From Prevotellaceae bacterium UBA1716 (GTDB lineage: Bacteria > Bacteroidota > Bacteroidia > Bacteroidales > Bacteroidaceae), in assembly GCA_002317225.1 (NCBI GenBank), contig DCIW01000195.1:1475-65474 (forward strand): a stretch of 64,000 bases of DNA, in the 5' to 3' direction. The notes under the pieces were generated by a model. That model was not told the DNA's origin. It did no database searches and saw nothing but the letters and a program-made list of their open reading frames with translations. A program made the position numbers and the translations under genes. Below are positions 9,799 through 19,553 of the stretch, piece by piece; the stretch's first letter is position 1; every line of letters starts with the position of its first letter.

Positions 9799-11070
9799 TT
9801 ATCGAGCCTTCGATTTCAACAGCATTCGTTTAAAATAATACTTTATCTCAAAATCATTCATTTCACGTAATTGTGGGTGTACACAGACAGAAATTATCAT
9901 AAACATCATTATATATATACAATCTGGAGTACAAAAATTATTACTTATCCAATCACATACCCAAAAAATACCTATATATACTACAAATGCTCGAATATAT
10001 CTATTACGAGCACGATTTAATGTTGAAATTCCTAACCAATAATAAAAAACAAACCAAACAAACAAACCCAAAATACCACACCAAGTAAAAATATTGACAG
10101 CGAAAACTTCACTATACCTTTGGGGAGAAACACCTTCAACCCGAAGAAAACCACCTTCACGACTTTTTACGAATTCAGAATCGTATCCATATCCTGGGGT
10201 TCTTCCCCAAAACATATATTCATTCTCCATAGACGATGAAATAGACTCAGTATACAACATAGTACGAGTATCACTTTTCATATTCTCACCTGAAGCAGAC
10301 ACATAATTACCTTGAATATACGAATCAAACTTGAGCACATTAAATATTCCCGTCAAAGCCAATATTAAAAAAAACACTGGAATCCACATTAATAAATGAA
10401 AAAGGAAATGAGAAAACTTATAAGTTAAACAGACGTGATATTTCAGCATAAGAAACACAGCTAATGGGGCAATCAAAGACAAATAATCCATTCTTTGATA
10501 TATACCAAATAAAACCAAAAAAACATATAAAAAGTATGTCACAAAACGAAATTGGCGAGTCAGACATTCAGACAATATCAAAAAGAAGAATGTAAAATAC
10601 AACATTCCCATAACATACCATTTGTCAATATAGGCTAATGATATAAGCGTAATCCATGGTACATATCTCCACCATAATCTTATTGTGCGTCTAAGAAACC
10701 CTTCTTGTTGCATTATAAATATAAAACCAAGAGAGCAAAAGCTACAAAAACAGCACATTCTTGTATAAGGGAATATAGAAGACGGGACATAAAGTAATTT
10801 AATTAACGACGCTAACACATAAAGTAGCATAAATCCAAAAATACTTGAAATAACAGGATATTGCCTAACCAGCGTATTCCGATGCTTCCAAAAATACCAT
10901 AAACAAAAAATAGCATAGGATATATATAAAAAATAATTATATATTTGATATGTCTTCCCTATATGTAACTTAAATAATATAGGAGAGAAAGATTGCAAAA
11001 TGATAAGCCATGGCAAATATTTATGCGCATAACGATCTATTTTATAAACTTTACGCTTTGATTGTGTCAT
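9799..11070 (-). CDS. Wzy-like O-antigen/capsule repeat-unit polymerase (polytopic membrane protein)
   Basis: 423 aa, more than 10 hydrophobic segments, with a larger loop near the C-terminal third. Its position is between transferases and the Wzx gene. There is no soluble domain. Confidence 0.45.
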   Translation of the reverse strand: MTQSKRKVYKIDRYAHKYLPWLIILQSFSPILFKLHIGKTYQIYNYFLYISYAIFCLWYFWKHRNTLVRQYPVISSIFGFMLLYVLASLIKLLYVPSSIFPYTRMCCFCSFCSLGFIFIMQQEGFLRRTIRLWWRYVPWITLISLAYIDKWYVMGMLYFTFFFLILSECLTRQFRFVTYFLYVFLVLFGIYQRMDYLSLIAPLAVFLMLKYHVCLTYKFSHFLFHLLMWIPVFFLILALTGIFNVLKFDSYIQGNYVSASGENMKSDTRTMLYTESISSSMENEYMFWGRTPGYGYDSEFVKSREGGFLRVEGVSPQRYSEVFAVNIFTWCGILGLFVWFVFYYWLGISTLNRARNRYIRAFVVYIGIFWVCDWISNNFCTPDCIYIMMFMIISVCVHPQLREMNDFEIKYYFKRMLLKSKAR

Positions 11071-11082
11071 ATGTGGTTATTT

Positions 11083-11967
11083 TTATCTGTCGCAAATATC
11101 ATTAATGTTTCCATTCCAGAAAAAAACATCTTCATTTTTTCTGTAATAATCATTTAAGAATAATTCCCATCTACCATTTGCTATTTGGCGTAAACCATTT
11201 TTTATAAATTTAGCAGGATTACCTCCTATACAAGAATATGGTTCTAATTCCGTTGTATAATCTTTTCCGACGGCTGAGTACGGTCCTGCAACTATAGTAT
11301 AATCTGGTATTTTCGTTCCTCTTTTAACTGTAGTAAAACTTCCCAACCAACACCCTTCTCCTATTTCAATAGGTTTGCAATTATCTTTTATTGCCATAGT
11401 GTTTATATCTATGATATAATGAATGTCGGTATCCATTAACGTGGAATTATTAGCAATGAAACTAGCTTTGCCAATTTCACATCGTTTATCAATAAAAAAA
11501 GTCACATTATCTCCAATATAGCAATTATCTTTTATACTTAATTCCCCACGAATTTTCCATTTAGCCCCTTGCCGTATCACAATTCCATGTCCAAAATAGA
11601 AAACTCCTGATAGCGTTATACTGGATACATCCCCAACACTACGACCTTGGTCCATGTGTCCTATTACAACGGATTTAGGATATATGTCACTTATGTCTAA
11701 AGGTATCACCTTACCAGACAGATCAAAGAATCGTATATCCCCATATATCCAAACAGGTGTTTTCCAAGCATATTTTACAGGCATCGTACGAAAATTAAAA
11801 TATATTGTCTTCCAAAAACACAAACGATTTTCCAATTTATTCATTTCTATTTCTGCAAGAAGATTATTAAATGTTGATTTGTTCGTTAGAATCTTATATA
11901 TTCCAAGAAGAATCAACTTGTATATTCTAAATGTAAGTGAGATTTTCTTTAATATAAGTGCAAACAT
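11083..11967 (-). CDS. Hexapeptide-repeat (left-handed beta-helix) acetyltransferase
   Basis: 294 aa. Repeated [LIV]-G-x-x-x-x hexapeptides are present (IGDNVTFFIDKRCEIGKASFIANNSTL, IEIGEGCWLGSFTTVKRGTKI). Confidence 0.65.
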   Translation of the reverse strand: MFALILKKISLTFRIYKLILLGIYKILTNKSTFNNLLAEIEMNKLENRLCFWKTIYFNFRTMPVKYAWKTPVWIYGDIRFFDLSGKVIPLDISDIYPKSVVIGHMDQGRSVGDVSSITLSGVFYFGHGIVIRQGAKWKIRGELSIKDNCYIGDNVTFFIDKRCEIGKASFIANNSTLMDTDIHYIIDINTMAIKDNCKPIEIGEGCWLGSFTTVKRGTKIPDYTIVAGPYSAVGKDYTTELEPYSCIGGNPAKFIKNGLRQIANGRWELFLNDYYRKNEDVFFWNGNINDICDR

Positions 11968-12905
11968 AACAATATATATCTAATTTTCGTAATAACATCA
12001 TGATAATTATAAACTTTTTTGTATGTTAATGCATCACGAGACAATTGTTTTGCAGCCTTTCTCATATTGGCAGGACATCGATTATCAAATACCACATACG
12101 AGAATGGATAATGAAACATATTAGCCACAGAAGAGGCATAATTAGACCCTTGCAATCCAAAATGCTCTATGAGTTTAACAGATAATTTACTATATATCTC
12201 CGACAGAAGATAATTTTGAGTGTAGTTTCTCTTTATTTCACATGATTCTGTTTTCTGGGGGGTAACATAGTAATAATTTCGATCATTTATAAACTTAAAA
12301 TACTTACAATGTATCATATATGAGTGAAGAAACACTCCATCTTCACATTTATCAATACCAACAGGAAAATGAATATTAAACTCATCTATAAGACTACTAT
12401 AAAAAAGTCTGCCCCAAACTGCTTGAAAATGAAGAAGTCTGTTAGAAGATATAATATCTTGGGCACTTCCATTTTCAAAAAAATAGTCCTTGAAATTGAA
12501 TCCAGAATAGGACATATCATGTCCCCCATCGGCATAAATGCCATGGAATCCCTGAGTAACTAATAATTGAGGATTCCACTCCGAATTAGCATTCACCATA
12601 CACTGCAGATAGTCTTGTCCTACATAGTCGTCTGAATCAATAAAAGCAATCCATTCACCGCTACTATGTTCAAGCCCTGTGTTTCGAGCACAACTTCGTC
12701 CCTGGTTTGTAGTATGAATTACTTTTATTCGGGAATCTTTTTGGGAATACTCATCACAAATGCAGCCACTATTATCTGGAGAACCATCATCAACAAGTAT
12801 CAATTCCCAATCAGGGTAAGATTGAGACAAAACACTATCTATGCAACGTGACACGTATTGCTCAACTTTATAAACAGGGACGATAATAGAAATCAATTTG
12901 TTCAT
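11949..12905 (-). CDS. Glycosyltransferase, GT2
   Basis: 318 aa with ISIIVPVYKVEQYVSRCIDSV...ILVDDGSPDNS and DSDD motifs. Confidence 0.8.
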   Translation of the reverse strand: MNKLISIIVPVYKVEQYVSRCIDSVLSQSYPDWELILVDDGSPDNSGCICDEYSQKDSRIKVIHTTNQGRSCARNTGLEHSSGEWIAFIDSDDYVGQDYLQCMVNANSEWNPQLLVTQGFHGIYADGGHDMSYSGFNFKDYFFENGSAQDIISSNRLLHFQAVWGRLFYSSLIDEFNIHFPVGIDKCEDGVFLHSYMIHCKYFKFINDRNYYYVTPQKTESCEIKRNYTQNYLLSEIYSKLSVKLIEHFGLQGSNYASSVANMFHYPFSYVVFDNRCPANMRKAAKQLSRDALTYKKVYNYHDVITKIRYILLCLHLY

Positions 12906-12908
12906 AAT

Positions 12909-13940
12909 TTAGAATTTCCCAATCAAGTATCTCAAATATTTAGTGTTCAAAATACAAGAGATTAATGAGCAAATACATATTAAACAGAAAAATATGAATA
13001 AATAAACGCCAATTTGGACAAGCAATGGTGATTTAACAATTACATCCTTCAAATAGAATGTAAGAATCATATTGAAAATCGGATGTATTCCATAAAATAT
13101 AAGGGAATTTCGGCCGATATACTCTAAAAATTTATTAGAGTCTATACATTTAGACATAGAAATAACAAGAATTGTTCCTACGATTGCCATAATATAAAAG
13201 ATAATGACATCTACCCCTTTATATGTAAAAAGATATGTCACCTGAACCACCAAATTAAATTGCTGAAGCACATAAACTATAATTAAATATAATGGGAGTA
13301 AGATTACCATCGTTTTGGGAATATCATATTTCTTTATTTGAATTCCTATAGGTATGAAAATGATAAAAATAAAAGCATGTATGAGATACCAAAAATTCAA
13401 TGTAATCACTTGTTGATTATATAGATAACCTAAAATCACGCCTATTATTGAAATCACTATACATGAAAATTTTATATATTTCCCCAAATATCTGTTCAGC
13501 AACCAATAAATCATCTTTGCACAAAACAAAGCCGAGCAAAACCATAACTTTCCACCATAGATAAAGAAATGAACAACAGCATTCTTTATGGTTGACAAAT
13601 ATCCATAACGCCCAAATTCACCAATTGTTGATTGGTAAATTATGCCTGAAAGGACACCTAAAGTAACAGATGGTATGATAAGGGATTTGAAATTCGTAGG
13701 CAGAAATGTCTTAAATGGCTTGTCATATCTACTAAACATAGCTGATACCACGAAGAATGCAGCCATAAAAAACATTACCCAATAATCATCCAGCATATCA
13801 AGTGCTGATGTTACATTGTTTCTTATATCATATAATTCTGAACGAATATGTATATGATGAAGAAATAAAAGAATAATTAATATACCTTTAGCAACATCAG
13901 CATAATGAACTCTTTGTCTTGTTAATTGAGCATTTAGCAT
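12909..13940 (-). CDS. Integral-membrane acyltransferase (acyltransferase_3 family)
   Basis: 343 aa polytopic protein. The N-terminal DVAKGILIILLFLHH is typical of the family. Confidence 0.55.
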   Translation of the reverse strand: MLNAQLTRQRVHYADVAKGILIILLFLHHIHIRSELYDIRNNVTSALDMLDDYWVMFFMAAFFVVSAMFSRYDKPFKTFLPTNFKSLIIPSVTLGVLSGIIYQSTIGEFGRYGYLSTIKNAVVHFFIYGGKLWFCSALFCAKMIYWLLNRYLGKYIKFSCIVISIIGVILGYLYNQQVITLNFWYLIHAFIFIIFIPIGIQIKKYDIPKTMVILLPLYLIIVYVLQQFNLVVQVTYLFTYKGVDVIIFYIMAIVGTILVISMSKCIDSNKFLEYIGRNSLIFYGIHPIFNMILTFYLKDVIVKSPLLVQIGVYLFIFFCLICICSLISCILNTKYLRYLIGKF

Positions 13941-13949
13941 ATCAAGACT

Positions 13950-15515
13950 TCATTTTTTATGGGAAAAAGTATTTCTAATTCGAAAAATAAAATCTCTAAA
14001 TCCTTGAGATATTATATAAAACTCGGCACAAATCAATGTGGACACAATTGTAAAAACAACAATTGAATAAAATCCAAAAGAAATATAAGATGTAATATGA
14101 CTTGGCAATATTCTATTGAAAAGAAAAGTCAGCACAAATACATCAGCATAGATCATCAAATACCTTAATATGACAGGAATAAAATAAGTTTTAACTGGCA
14201 TGTGAAAGCCCTTTCTAAAAAGAAAAATTGGTTTCCAAATCATAATAATAAGTAATTGGGAAATAACTCCCCCCATTAAGACTCCTTGATATCCCCAATA
14301 ATGTCCAAATATCAAGCCACCTGCTACATTAATAAATCCTTCGACACCAGGTGCCCAAACATCACTGAAAAGACCATATCCATTAATATGATGGTCTACT
14401 GTTAAGCGAGTTATAGAAAAACTTTGACTTATCACCAATAGAATAAGTAATGTTTGACTCAACACATATTTGTCCCCTAACCATAAAGCAATAAATTTAT
14501 GAGATAAGAAATATAAACATAATAGAACAATAGAAGCTATGCAAAAACGAGAATCATATAACTCCCAAAAAACTCGGATTATTTTCTTTCTATCTCCACT
14601 TGCTATAAGATTTCCAATTGCTGCACCAACACTGCTAAAAACCATCTCAATAATAATCCTAACTTTACCTAATATCAAAAGATAATTCGAATAATAAGAA
14701 ACAATTGTTAATGTTGAGTATGCATACATCAAGAATGGACTTGTATTAGAAATTATTTGGTTAGTAATTTTATGTATAAAAACTTGTTTAGTCTTTTTAA
14801 TCACGTCAGGGTATTCTTTAACAAGTTGTTTGCCATCAATACCAGGTGATTTGAGCCATGGATAATCTCTTGAAAGAACATGATTTAACCACCAACAAGA
14901 AAATAAAGAACTGAATAATTTTGAAAATAGATATAATAAAAAGGGGTGTGAAACAACTGGCAAAAGAAACAATAATATAATATTAACTCCAACTTGTACG
15001 CCTTGTGTGACTCTCGTAAGCTTATATCCCTTTTGATCAGTAGTAAGAACAATAGAACGGTAATTTAGGAAATAACCAAGCATTGACCCAAATAGCATTA
15101 TAGAAAAGGTTGCATAAGTATACCAAAGTGGTATCTTTATGTCCTTGAATATCATAGGGAAAAAAAGCATAAGTATGCCAGCTCCAACAATTACTATTAT
15201 TGCAACCCTTTTGTATATCCATCCTTGCAATGCTACAATTCTATTTATTTCGTCATAATCACGATTAAACAAATGCTTATATAAGAAGAATGTTACAGAC
15301 GTACCAACTCCTAATTCAGCAATATTAAGAAATCCGAGTAAGTTATGTGCAGTAGTATCTAAGCCAATTACTTCAGAGCCTAAATAATCAAAAAAAACTT
15401 TTCTTGTCCAAAAACTTAGGATAAGCATCACGACATAGTAAAACAATGCAACTTTTGCATTCTTGATGCTTTTGGATGTACGAGATTCCGACATATTAAA
15501 AATAACTACTGTCAT
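13950..15515 (-). CDS. Wzx-like polysaccharide flippase (MOP superfamily)
   Basis: 521 aa, about 12-14 TM segments. The N-terminus (KSIKNAKVALFYYVVMLIL) is typical of polysaccharide biosynthesis/flippase proteins. Confidence 0.65.
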   Translation of the reverse strand: MTVVIFNMSESRTSKSIKNAKVALFYYVVMLILSFWTRKVFFDYLGSEVIGLDTTAHNLLGFLNIAELGVGTSVTFFLYKHLFNRDYDEINRIVALQGWIYKRVAIIVIVGAGILMLFFPMIFKDIKIPLWYTYATFSIMLFGSMLGYFLNYRSIVLTTDQKGYKLTRVTQGVQVGVNIILLFLLPVVSHPFLLYLFSKLFSSLFSCWWLNHVLSRDYPWLKSPGIDGKQLVKEYPDVIKKTKQVFIHKITNQIISNTSPFLMYAYSTLTIVSYYSNYLLILGKVRIIIEMVFSSVGAAIGNLIASGDRKKIIRVFWELYDSRFCIASIVLLCLYFLSHKFIALWLGDKYVLSQTLLILLVISQSFSITRLTVDHHINGYGLFSDVWAPGVEGFINVAGGLIFGHYWGYQGVLMGGVISQLLIIMIWKPIFLFRKGFHMPVKTYFIPVILRYLMIYADVFVLTFLFNRILPSHITSYISFGFYSIVVFTIVSTLICAEFYIISQGFRDFIFRIRNTFSHKK

Positions 15516-15765
15516 TATTATCCCATTAAAATCAGGATATTTTTTAAGAACATCTATAGAATAATGGAACAGAAATAATTTATGACATCATTTAAGTTAA
15601 TTACATCTTATTGGTCTATCAAATTGATTGGTATTCAATATAATATATTATTATATAGCCAATGTACTTTAACGCTAAAAAAGATTAATCCTATTGTATA
15701 GAGATCACCCTTGAATATGAAACACCATTTGATGTATGCATATAATACTTTCCAGATTTACTCAT

Positions 15766-16007
15766 TATTTTTTTACATAAGGACGTGAAACAAACCTATA
15801 TTTGTCTAATAGCGGGAAATCCAACACTTTGACCCATTGAACAGAAGGAATTGAAGTTTCTCTACTTATCTGTTTTACATAATAATTTTTTATTTTATAC
15901 CAATTATCGAAGACGGTTTCCAATCCTTCACAATCGTTTATATAAACATTATTATATATAACAGAAGGATATCCTATTTTATGATAATCAGGAAAATCAT
16001 CACCACA
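15766..16007 (-). pseudogene. Start-less gene fragment (C-terminal relic of an unknown soluble protein)
   Basis: My manual minus-strand translation gives a stop-free ~80 codon frame, (C)GDDFPDYHKIGYPSVIYNNVYINDCEGLETVFDNWYKIKNYYVKQISRETSIPSVQWVKVLDFPLLDKYRFVSRPYVKK*. A stop precedes it and there is no ATG. Confidence 0.3.
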
Positions 16008-16009
16008 CT

Positions 16010-16339
16010 AATCATAAGTGTAGGTAAACAATCCATACGATCATTAATATCCATAAGAACAACAAATAGTACATTAGCCCCTACTGGCAAAAAACAGATT
16101 AAAATATGAACTGAACAATCCCTTTTGCATTTTCGGCATTTGGATTGGTGCTAAAAGTTTGATACACAGTCAAAAAGTATTTTTATAATAGAAATAATAG
16201 GTACCACCTTGCCAAAGATATTTGAAACGAGAAAAACGCTCAAAGTAAAAAACCGCATCAAGACTAGTACAAATTATTCCAACTATACAAAACCTTATGA
16301 ATTCTCGAATTCTGTTGTTATTTAGACACAGCAGTAAAC
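16010..16339 (-). pseudogene. GtrA-family gene remnant, broken by frameshifts and stops
   Basis: From the ATG at 16339 the frame reads MKKCLLLCLNNNRIREFIRFCIVGIICTSLDAVFLL*. This parallels REFIRFCIVGVIATGIHYGLYLL of the intact GtrA at 23218-23613. A later frame reads STNPNAENAKGIVQFIF*, compared with FKTNPNAKRGMGFALSHF in the intact copy. Confidence 0.45.
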
Positions 16340-16362
16340 ATTTCTTCATATAATTTTATAGC

Positions 16363-17325
16363 TTAAGCTAATCTCCAAAAACGAAGGACTAAATCACTCA
16401 AATTCAAACATTTTCTAAGGAATAGAAGATTAGTCACCTTTTGAGATAGTTTGCATTTAGTTGGTATAAAATCATACTTTGCAATTTCTTTTAACAAACT
16501 TATTCTTTGCTGTTTGCTAATATCTTTACGGCGATAAGTTTCCATAATGGTCTGAATTTGCAAAAGCGAATTGTATTCTAATAGTTTATTGTAAGCTGTA
16601 AGCGACTTTATTTTTAGCGGTTGCATAGCTTTATACCATTCTGTTGCAATCGCATAAGTAGCTTCAGCACTACGTCTGGATTTGCCTTTAGCTGTAAGAA
16701 TGCTATTCGGACGATTATAGATATATTCTGTTTGCTGTATTGTCTTACAAAACTTAGCTGAGCACAAAACAGTAATTAGAAACACCCAATCTTCAAAATT
16801 ATTGATTGATTCAACAAAACTGATATTATTGTCAGCAATGGTGCTTCTCCTAACGCTTTTACTCCAAGCGCTACCCATGTGATGGTATTTATCTTGCCAA
16901 AGAAATACAGTTTCGGTGATTGATAATTCGGATGAAGGAAGCTGATATGTCTCTTTTCTTTTTTCATTTATCACCTCTGCGCCCTGAAATACTATATCCA
17001 CTTCTTCAGATATGGCTTCTGCATAATTTTTAAGCCAATCAGGAGAGACACAATCATCAGCATCAAGAAATGCAAGCCATTCACCTTGCGCAGCTTTTAA
17101 TGCAGTGTTACGAGCATTACTGACTCCTTCATTTTTTTGATGAATAATTCTTATGCGAGAATCTAATTTTGAAGCCTCTTGGAGAATAATCAGCGAATCA
17201 TCTATGCTGCCATCATCTACACAAATCCATTCCCAATCTGTAAATGTTTGGGAAAGCATGCATGAAATTGTATCTTTGAGATACTTTGATGCATTATAGA
17301 CTGGAGTGATGATAGAAAAGAGCAT
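16363..17325 (-). CDS. Glycosyltransferase, GT2
   Basis: 320 aa with FSIITPVYNASKYLKDTISCM...VDDGSIDDS and DADD motifs. Confidence 0.8.
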   Translation of the reverse strand: MLFSIITPVYNASKYLKDTISCMLSQTFTDWEWICVDDGSIDDSLIILQEASKLDSRIRIIHQKNEGVSNARNTALKAAQGEWLAFLDADDCVSPDWLKNYAEAISEEVDIVFQGAEVINEKRKETYQLPSSELSITETVFLWQDKYHHMGSAWSKSVRRSTIADNNISFVESINNFEDWVFLITVLCSAKFCKTIQQTEYIYNRPNSILTAKGKSRRSAEATYAIATEWYKAMQPLKIKSLTAYNKLLEYNSLLQIQTIMETYRRKDISKQQRISLLKEIAKYDFIPTKCKLSQKVTNLLFLRKCLNLSDLVLRFWRLA

Positions 17326-17338
17326 TATTATAATGATA

Positions 17339-18310
17339 TTAAAAAGTCAAATGAATGAAAGGCTTATTATAAATCATTGCAGCCCTCTTCGGAAATCCCG
17401 AAGAATACATATCCTCTGTTTGGAGCAGGATTATCTTTTCGGCTTGAGCAATTATATATAGATCAAGGAAGGATTTTTCGTAGGTTTCGAAGGAGGCATC
17501 TGAGGTATGATCCATGTGGACTACGGAACCAGGGATGATACTTACATAGGATAGTTTGTTGACCTCGTTGAGGAAGGTGATACTGTCTGACGTGCAGAGT
17601 ATCTGCTTTCCTGAGAGTTCGGTATTGTGGAGTTCTTCAATTTTTTTTACACACTTATTGATAAGTGCACACTGGTCTTCTTTAGGGAGTGTTTTGTAAC
17701 CGGTCTCTTTGAAATCACCGAGGAGCTGTTGGAAACGGGTTGTGATGGCTACATAATCAAGAGAGAGAGAGGAAGAAAGATTGTCTATATCTTGTTGTAG
17801 ACGATTAGATGGAATGAAGAGTTCAGAGAAAGACTCTGTGAAGTGGTCGTCAAGGAATGGGGTGTTTCCGTAAATATGTATTTGTTTCTTTTCTCTTAAT
17901 CGTTTGTTGAGATAGAACTTGTGGAGTTTTATGTTTAATTGATAATCGTTGATAAGGACTGGAACAGATTTACGAGGATCATAAGTTATCTTTTCTGTGT
18001 CTATACGCCAATCATAAGCATTGGGAACGAGATAATCCTCCAATAAAAATGGATAATTAGCATGAAGGTGAAAAGGAATACCTTTTTGCTTACAATATGT
18101 ATATATAGAACAAATTCCTCTTAATCTATCTGTAAGTCCTCCATGAATAGAGCGTCCATCAATCAAAAAGACCACACTTGGGCGAAGCACAAATTTATTA
18201 TCATGGAACTGATAATATTCTTGCTTTAATCGTTTTTCTTCTTTGCGGAAACCTTTTATTCCAAAGTTGTATATGTTATATATACCACGAAGATAACTAC
18301 GAAGACTCAT
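17339..18310 (-). CDS. Hypothetical protein, possibly a GT11/fucosyltransferase-like glycosyltransferase
   Basis: 323 aa soluble ORF. The only hint is HGGLTDRLRGICSIY, which loosely resembles the GGLGNQMFQY start of GT11 enzymes. The glycan-locus context supports the guess. Confidence 0.25.
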   Translation of the reverse strand: MSLRSYLRGIYNIYNFGIKGFRKEEKRLKQEYYQFHDNKFVLRPSVVFLIDGRSIHGGLTDRLRGICSIYTYCKQKGIPFHLHANYPFLLEDYLVPNAYDWRIDTEKITYDPRKSVPVLINDYQLNIKLHKFYLNKRLREKKQIHIYGNTPFLDDHFTESFSELFIPSNRLQQDIDNLSSSLSLDYVAITTRFQQLLGDFKETGYKTLPKEDQCALINKCVKKIEELHNTELSGKQILCTSDSITFLNEVNKLSYVSIIPGSVVHMDHTSDASFETYEKSFLDLYIIAQAEKIILLQTEDMYSSGFPKRAAMIYNKPFIHLTF

Positions 18311-18316
18311 AATATA

Positions 18317-19501
18317 TTATTTATTTCTGCCAGGTCGCAAAATTGCCTCTTTACAATAGAATGAAAAACGCTCCAAAGCAAAGCGTGGGGATATAATTGA
18401 AATAGGGCGGCAAAGATAATAATAATGTTTGAAGGCTGCAACTTTGCGTTGAATACTTTTATGCTGCTTGTAAGAGTTATCTTTGCCTGACATAGAACCA
18501 AAAGAACTACCACCAAGGAGTTCGTCAATATAATAACCTTGAGACTTTTGTGCAAGAGATTCCTTCCAAAAAGGAAAGAAATCTTTTGGGAAACCAAATT
18601 GATAAACAAGTATTCCACCAAGAATACGCCATGCTCGGAAAAGTCCAATAGCCTTTAGGTCTGATCTAAGTAATTGAACGTCAAACTTGGATGGTTGGCG
18701 CAAAGCGTGATTAAGAAGGAGCATCCAGTCTATAAGTTGTTTTAAACCAACTCCTCCCTCCCATATATGCTGACAAAGATGGTTAAAAACGTATAAAACA
18801 TTATATTGAAGAGAAGGAACAGGGATGGTAAAGACTTCTGTTTTCCCGGATTTTGACGTAGTAGACTCAATTTTTACAGAATCGCATTCGGAGAAATGTA
18901 GGTAATCAGCGGACAGCTTGTAATATTTATCTTGATATTTTTGATTGCCCGCTACAGATGGATATCGATGGATTTCGTATGCGATTTTGCCATCATGTAT
19001 TTCGTAATGATGAGCTTCTTCTTCGGCACTCGCTTCTGCCTCTGGATTATTTATAAACTTTCTGATTGCCTCGCAAGACTTATCATATTCTTCAAGTCCT
19101 ACATATATGTCAATATCACCACATGAGCGGGTGTTACGTTGTGGGTAAAGTGTTGCAAGTCCTTGTCCCTTTAGCAAAATAGGATGACAACCGGCGTTAT
19201 TAAGTGCAGCAAAGGATTTACGAATAGCATTGTTGAGTTCATAATGCGTTTGTGCAATCGAGGCGGAATATTGGAATATTGCCATGGATTGCATAGGATT
19301 GAGCTGCTTGTCGAGTGGCAATTGGTCGTTGATGGTCATTATTGAATCTGCCGCAATAGCAAGGAGGGCATGAGACTCGAGTGCCTTGCAGATGGGGGAC
19401 CACGACCAATCGGGGGAGTCAAAGAGGGTTAGGTCGGGGTGACGCTGCCAGATGGAGGTGCGAAGGAGGGAGAAGAATATGTTTTGTTCGGTTGGGGTCA
19501 T
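18317..19501 (-). CDS. Uncharacterised nucleotidyltransferase-family protein (NTP_transf_5-like)
   Basis: 394 aa. CHPILLKGQGLATLYP...RSCGDIDIYV matches the pattern I recall for the putative nucleotidyltransferase family often found in Bacteroidales glycan loci. Confidence 0.5.
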   Translation of the reverse strand: MTPTEQNIFFSLLRTSIWQRHPDLTLFDSPDWSWSPICKALESHALLAIAADSIMTINDQLPLDKQLNPMQSMAIFQYSASIAQTHYELNNAIRKSFAALNNAGCHPILLKGQGLATLYPQRNTRSCGDIDIYVGLEEYDKSCEAIRKFINNPEAEASAEEEAHHYEIHDGKIAYEIHRYPSVAGNQKYQDKYYKLSADYLHFSECDSVKIESTTSKSGKTEVFTIPVPSLQYNVLYVFNHLCQHIWEGGVGLKQLIDWMLLLNHALRQPSKFDVQLLRSDLKAIGLFRAWRILGGILVYQFGFPKDFFPFWKESLAQKSQGYYIDELLGGSSFGSMSGKDNSYKQHKSIQRKVAAFKHYYYLCRPISIISPRFALERFSFYCKEAILRPGRNK

Positions 19502-19553
19502 AGGGGGGGGGACTAAAGGAAAAGCTTTAGAAACGGGGACTGGGGGGGCGGGG

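Noticed and set aside
18307-18648. A 113 aa ORF overlapping the 3' part of the nucleotidyltransferase-like gene. Many other 60-140 aa nested ORFs appear in the track.
   Set aside because: They are embedded within or antisense to longer ORFs with recognisable motifs, and none has an independent signal or motif.
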